Assembly: GCA_963676615.1 (NCBI GenBank)
Contig: OY781092.1
Span: forward strand, 992,001 to 1,056,000
DNA from: Candidatus Cloacimonadota bacterium
Lineage (GTDB): Bacteria; Cloacimonadota; Cloacimonadia; G963667145
DNA length: 64,000 nt
Direction of reading: 5' to 3'
Every line of letters begins with the position of its first letter. The first letter of the stretch is position 1. Position numbers and translations under genes: made by a program. Below, one piece after another: positions 62,306 to 64,000 of the stretch. The notes beneath the pieces were generated by a model that ran no database searches, had not been told where the DNA came from, and saw nothing but the letters and a program-made list of their open reading frames with translations.

Positions 62306-64000
62306 CATCGCGCCGCTACTGGCACACACACTAAAACCATCGCGCTATTTGGGCAACGAAATCGGCGCTTTCCACAAAACTCCCACGCAAAACACAGCCA
62401 ACATCTGCCTAATCTACCCAGACACCTACGAAGTTGGATTTTCACATATCGGCGTCAAAATGCTCTACTCAATCCTAAATCGCGCCGACGCAATAACTTG
62501 CGACCGTTCCTACGCTCCAGACACCGAAACGAAAAAACTAATGCAAAAATTCAAAATCCCGCTTTTTGGAGTGGAAAGCAAACTGCCACTGCAAAAATTT
62601 GACTGCCTTGGCTTCACCCTGCAAACAGAACTCACCTACTCTAACATCCTCTATTGCCTAGAGTTAGCAGGCATTCCCCAGCTCGCAAAAGACCGACAAG
62701 AAAACGATCCGATAGTTATCGCTGGCGGACCCTGCACATTCAATCCGTTGCCGCTTGCCGATTTTTTTGACCTTTTTCTTCTCGGAGACGGCGAACAAGC
62801 GATTTTAGAAATCGCTAACATTTTCAAAAATAAAAAGTTAAGTAGAAGCGAAAAACTATCGGAGCTAGCAAAAATCGACGGCACCTACCTTCCTAGCTAT
62901 GGAGAGCGACCAGTAAACGCTCGCAAATTCACCGATCTGAACAACCCTAAGTTCCAATATAATCAGCAACTTATGCCGCTAATTGACACCGTTCACAATC
63001 GCTATGTCGCTCAAGTGATGCGGGGCTGTCTGCGTGGTTGTCGCTTTTGTCAAGCGGGCTACATCTACCGCCCGCTGCGTGAGTGCGACGCCGAAACCAT
63101 CTACCAAACGACTCTGCGACAAGTGGGCGCCTGCCGCTGGGAAGACACCTCGCTGGTGAGCCTCTCCACTGGCGACTACAGCCAAATAAAGCCGCTGCTC
63201 GAGCAAATCGTCCCCGCTCTGCAACAAAAACACAGCCGACTTTCCCTGCCGTCTCTGCGCCTGGACTCCCTAGACGACGAGTTCGTCCGCTTCATAAAAG
63301 AGGCAGGACAAAAAGGGCTAACCATCGCCCCAGAAGCTGGCAGCCAGCGCCTGCGCGACATCATCAACAAAAACATCAGCGAAGCCGACATCCTCAAATC
63401 GATTCACATCGCCCTGCGGCACAACTGGCAAAACCTCAAACTCTACTTTATGATCGGCCTGCCGTTCGAGGAAAAATCCGACATTCAAGCAATTCCAGAA
63501 CTCATCGACAAAATCGTCAAAATTGCTGGGAAAAAACTGCACATCAACATCACCGTTTCGCCCTTTATCCCAAAACCGTTTACGCCGTTTCAATGGCAAG
63601 CGTGCGCCAGCATGGAATATGTCCGCAGCAACTTTTTTTGGATAAAAAACGAGCTGAAAAAATACCGCTTCGTCAAAGTCAACCACCTCGATTTTTTCTC
63701 GTTCCTCTTGGAAGCGCACTTGGCTTTGGGCGACAAACAGACGGGCAAAGCCATCCTTCGAGCCTATCAAGACGGCGCAAAAATGGACGGCTGGAGCGAA
63801 CACCTGACCAGCGAAATTTGGGAAAAGCACCTAAATCCAGCTGACATCGCCCCAAAATCGACAGAAAAGCCGCTGCCTTGGGAGTTCATAAACTGCGGAG
63901 TGTCGCGCGATTTTCTCCTGCAGGAACTGCAAAACGCCAAAAACATCTCCACAACTCCCGACTGCTACAACCAAAGCTGCACAGGCTGCGGTGCTTGCAA
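62292..64000 (+). CDS. TIGR03960-family B12-binding radical SAM protein (3' end outside window; absent from the ORF track)
   Basis: Manual translation from ATG 62292: KPSRYLGNE, YPDTYEVG, MRGCLRGCRFCQAG, APEAGSQRLR, YFMIGLP, PKPFTPFQW. Confidence 0.9.
   Translation, partial: MKPVDIAPLLAHTLKPSRYLGNEIGAFHKTPTQNTANICLIYPDTYEVGFSHIGVKMLYSILNRADAITCDRSYAPDTETKKLMQKFKIPLFGVESKLPLQKFDCLGFTLQTELTYSNILYCLELAGIPQLAKDRQENDPIVIAGGPCTFNPLPLADFFDLFLLGDGEQAILEIANIFKNKKLSRSEKLSELAKIDGTYLPSYGERPVNARKFTDLNNPKFQYNQQLMPLIDTVHNRYVAQVMRGCLRGCRFCQAGYIYRPLRECDAETIYQTTLRQVGACRWEDTSLVSLSTGDYSQIKPLLEQIVPALQQKHSRLSLPSLRLDSLDDEFVRFIKEAGQKGLTIAPEAGSQRLRDIINKNISEADILKSIHIALRHNWQNLKLYFMIGLPFEEKSDIQAIPELIDKIVKIAGKKLHINITVSPFIPKPFTPFQWQACASMEYVRSNFFWIKNELKKYRFVKVNHLDFFSFLLEAHLALGDKQTGKAILRAYQDGAKMDGWSEHLTSEIWEKHLNPADIAPKSTEKPLPWEFINCGVSRDFLLQELQNAKNISTTPDCYNQSCTGCGAC

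Overview
Bacterial chromosomal window from an anaerobic diderm. The [FeFe]-hydrogenase operon, LpxL and murC-murB-ftsQAZ-coaD order suggest a Cloacimonadota-like lineage, but this is inference only. Most of the window is housekeeping: hisH, argH, truB, engB, rbfA, rplU/rpmA, ileS, tsaB, tadA, hflKC, pyrG, hrcA, dnaX, dxs, mur/fts, coaD. Five things stand out. (1) An AT-rich island at about 32.2-37.8 kb carries an attC-like cassette junction and a tightly coupled HerA ATPase - NurA nuclease - SPPY DNA methyltransferase operon, a candidate restriction-like defence system. (2) RibF, in its canonical position after truB, is fused to a signal peptide, LRR, transmembrane helix and second LRR, giving a receptor-like flavin synthetase. 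(3) The hydrogenase operon has one HydA but two NuoE/NuoF pairs, one with bifurcating and one with non-bifurcating signatures, plus a HydD lacking its cluster-ligand cysteines. (4) An inactivated IS256 splits a LOG gene. (5) A 15-bp duplication of the ileS 3' end brackets a truncated DUF1016 gene. Several single-base indels may be assembly errors. All calls come from motif recognition; no searches were run.
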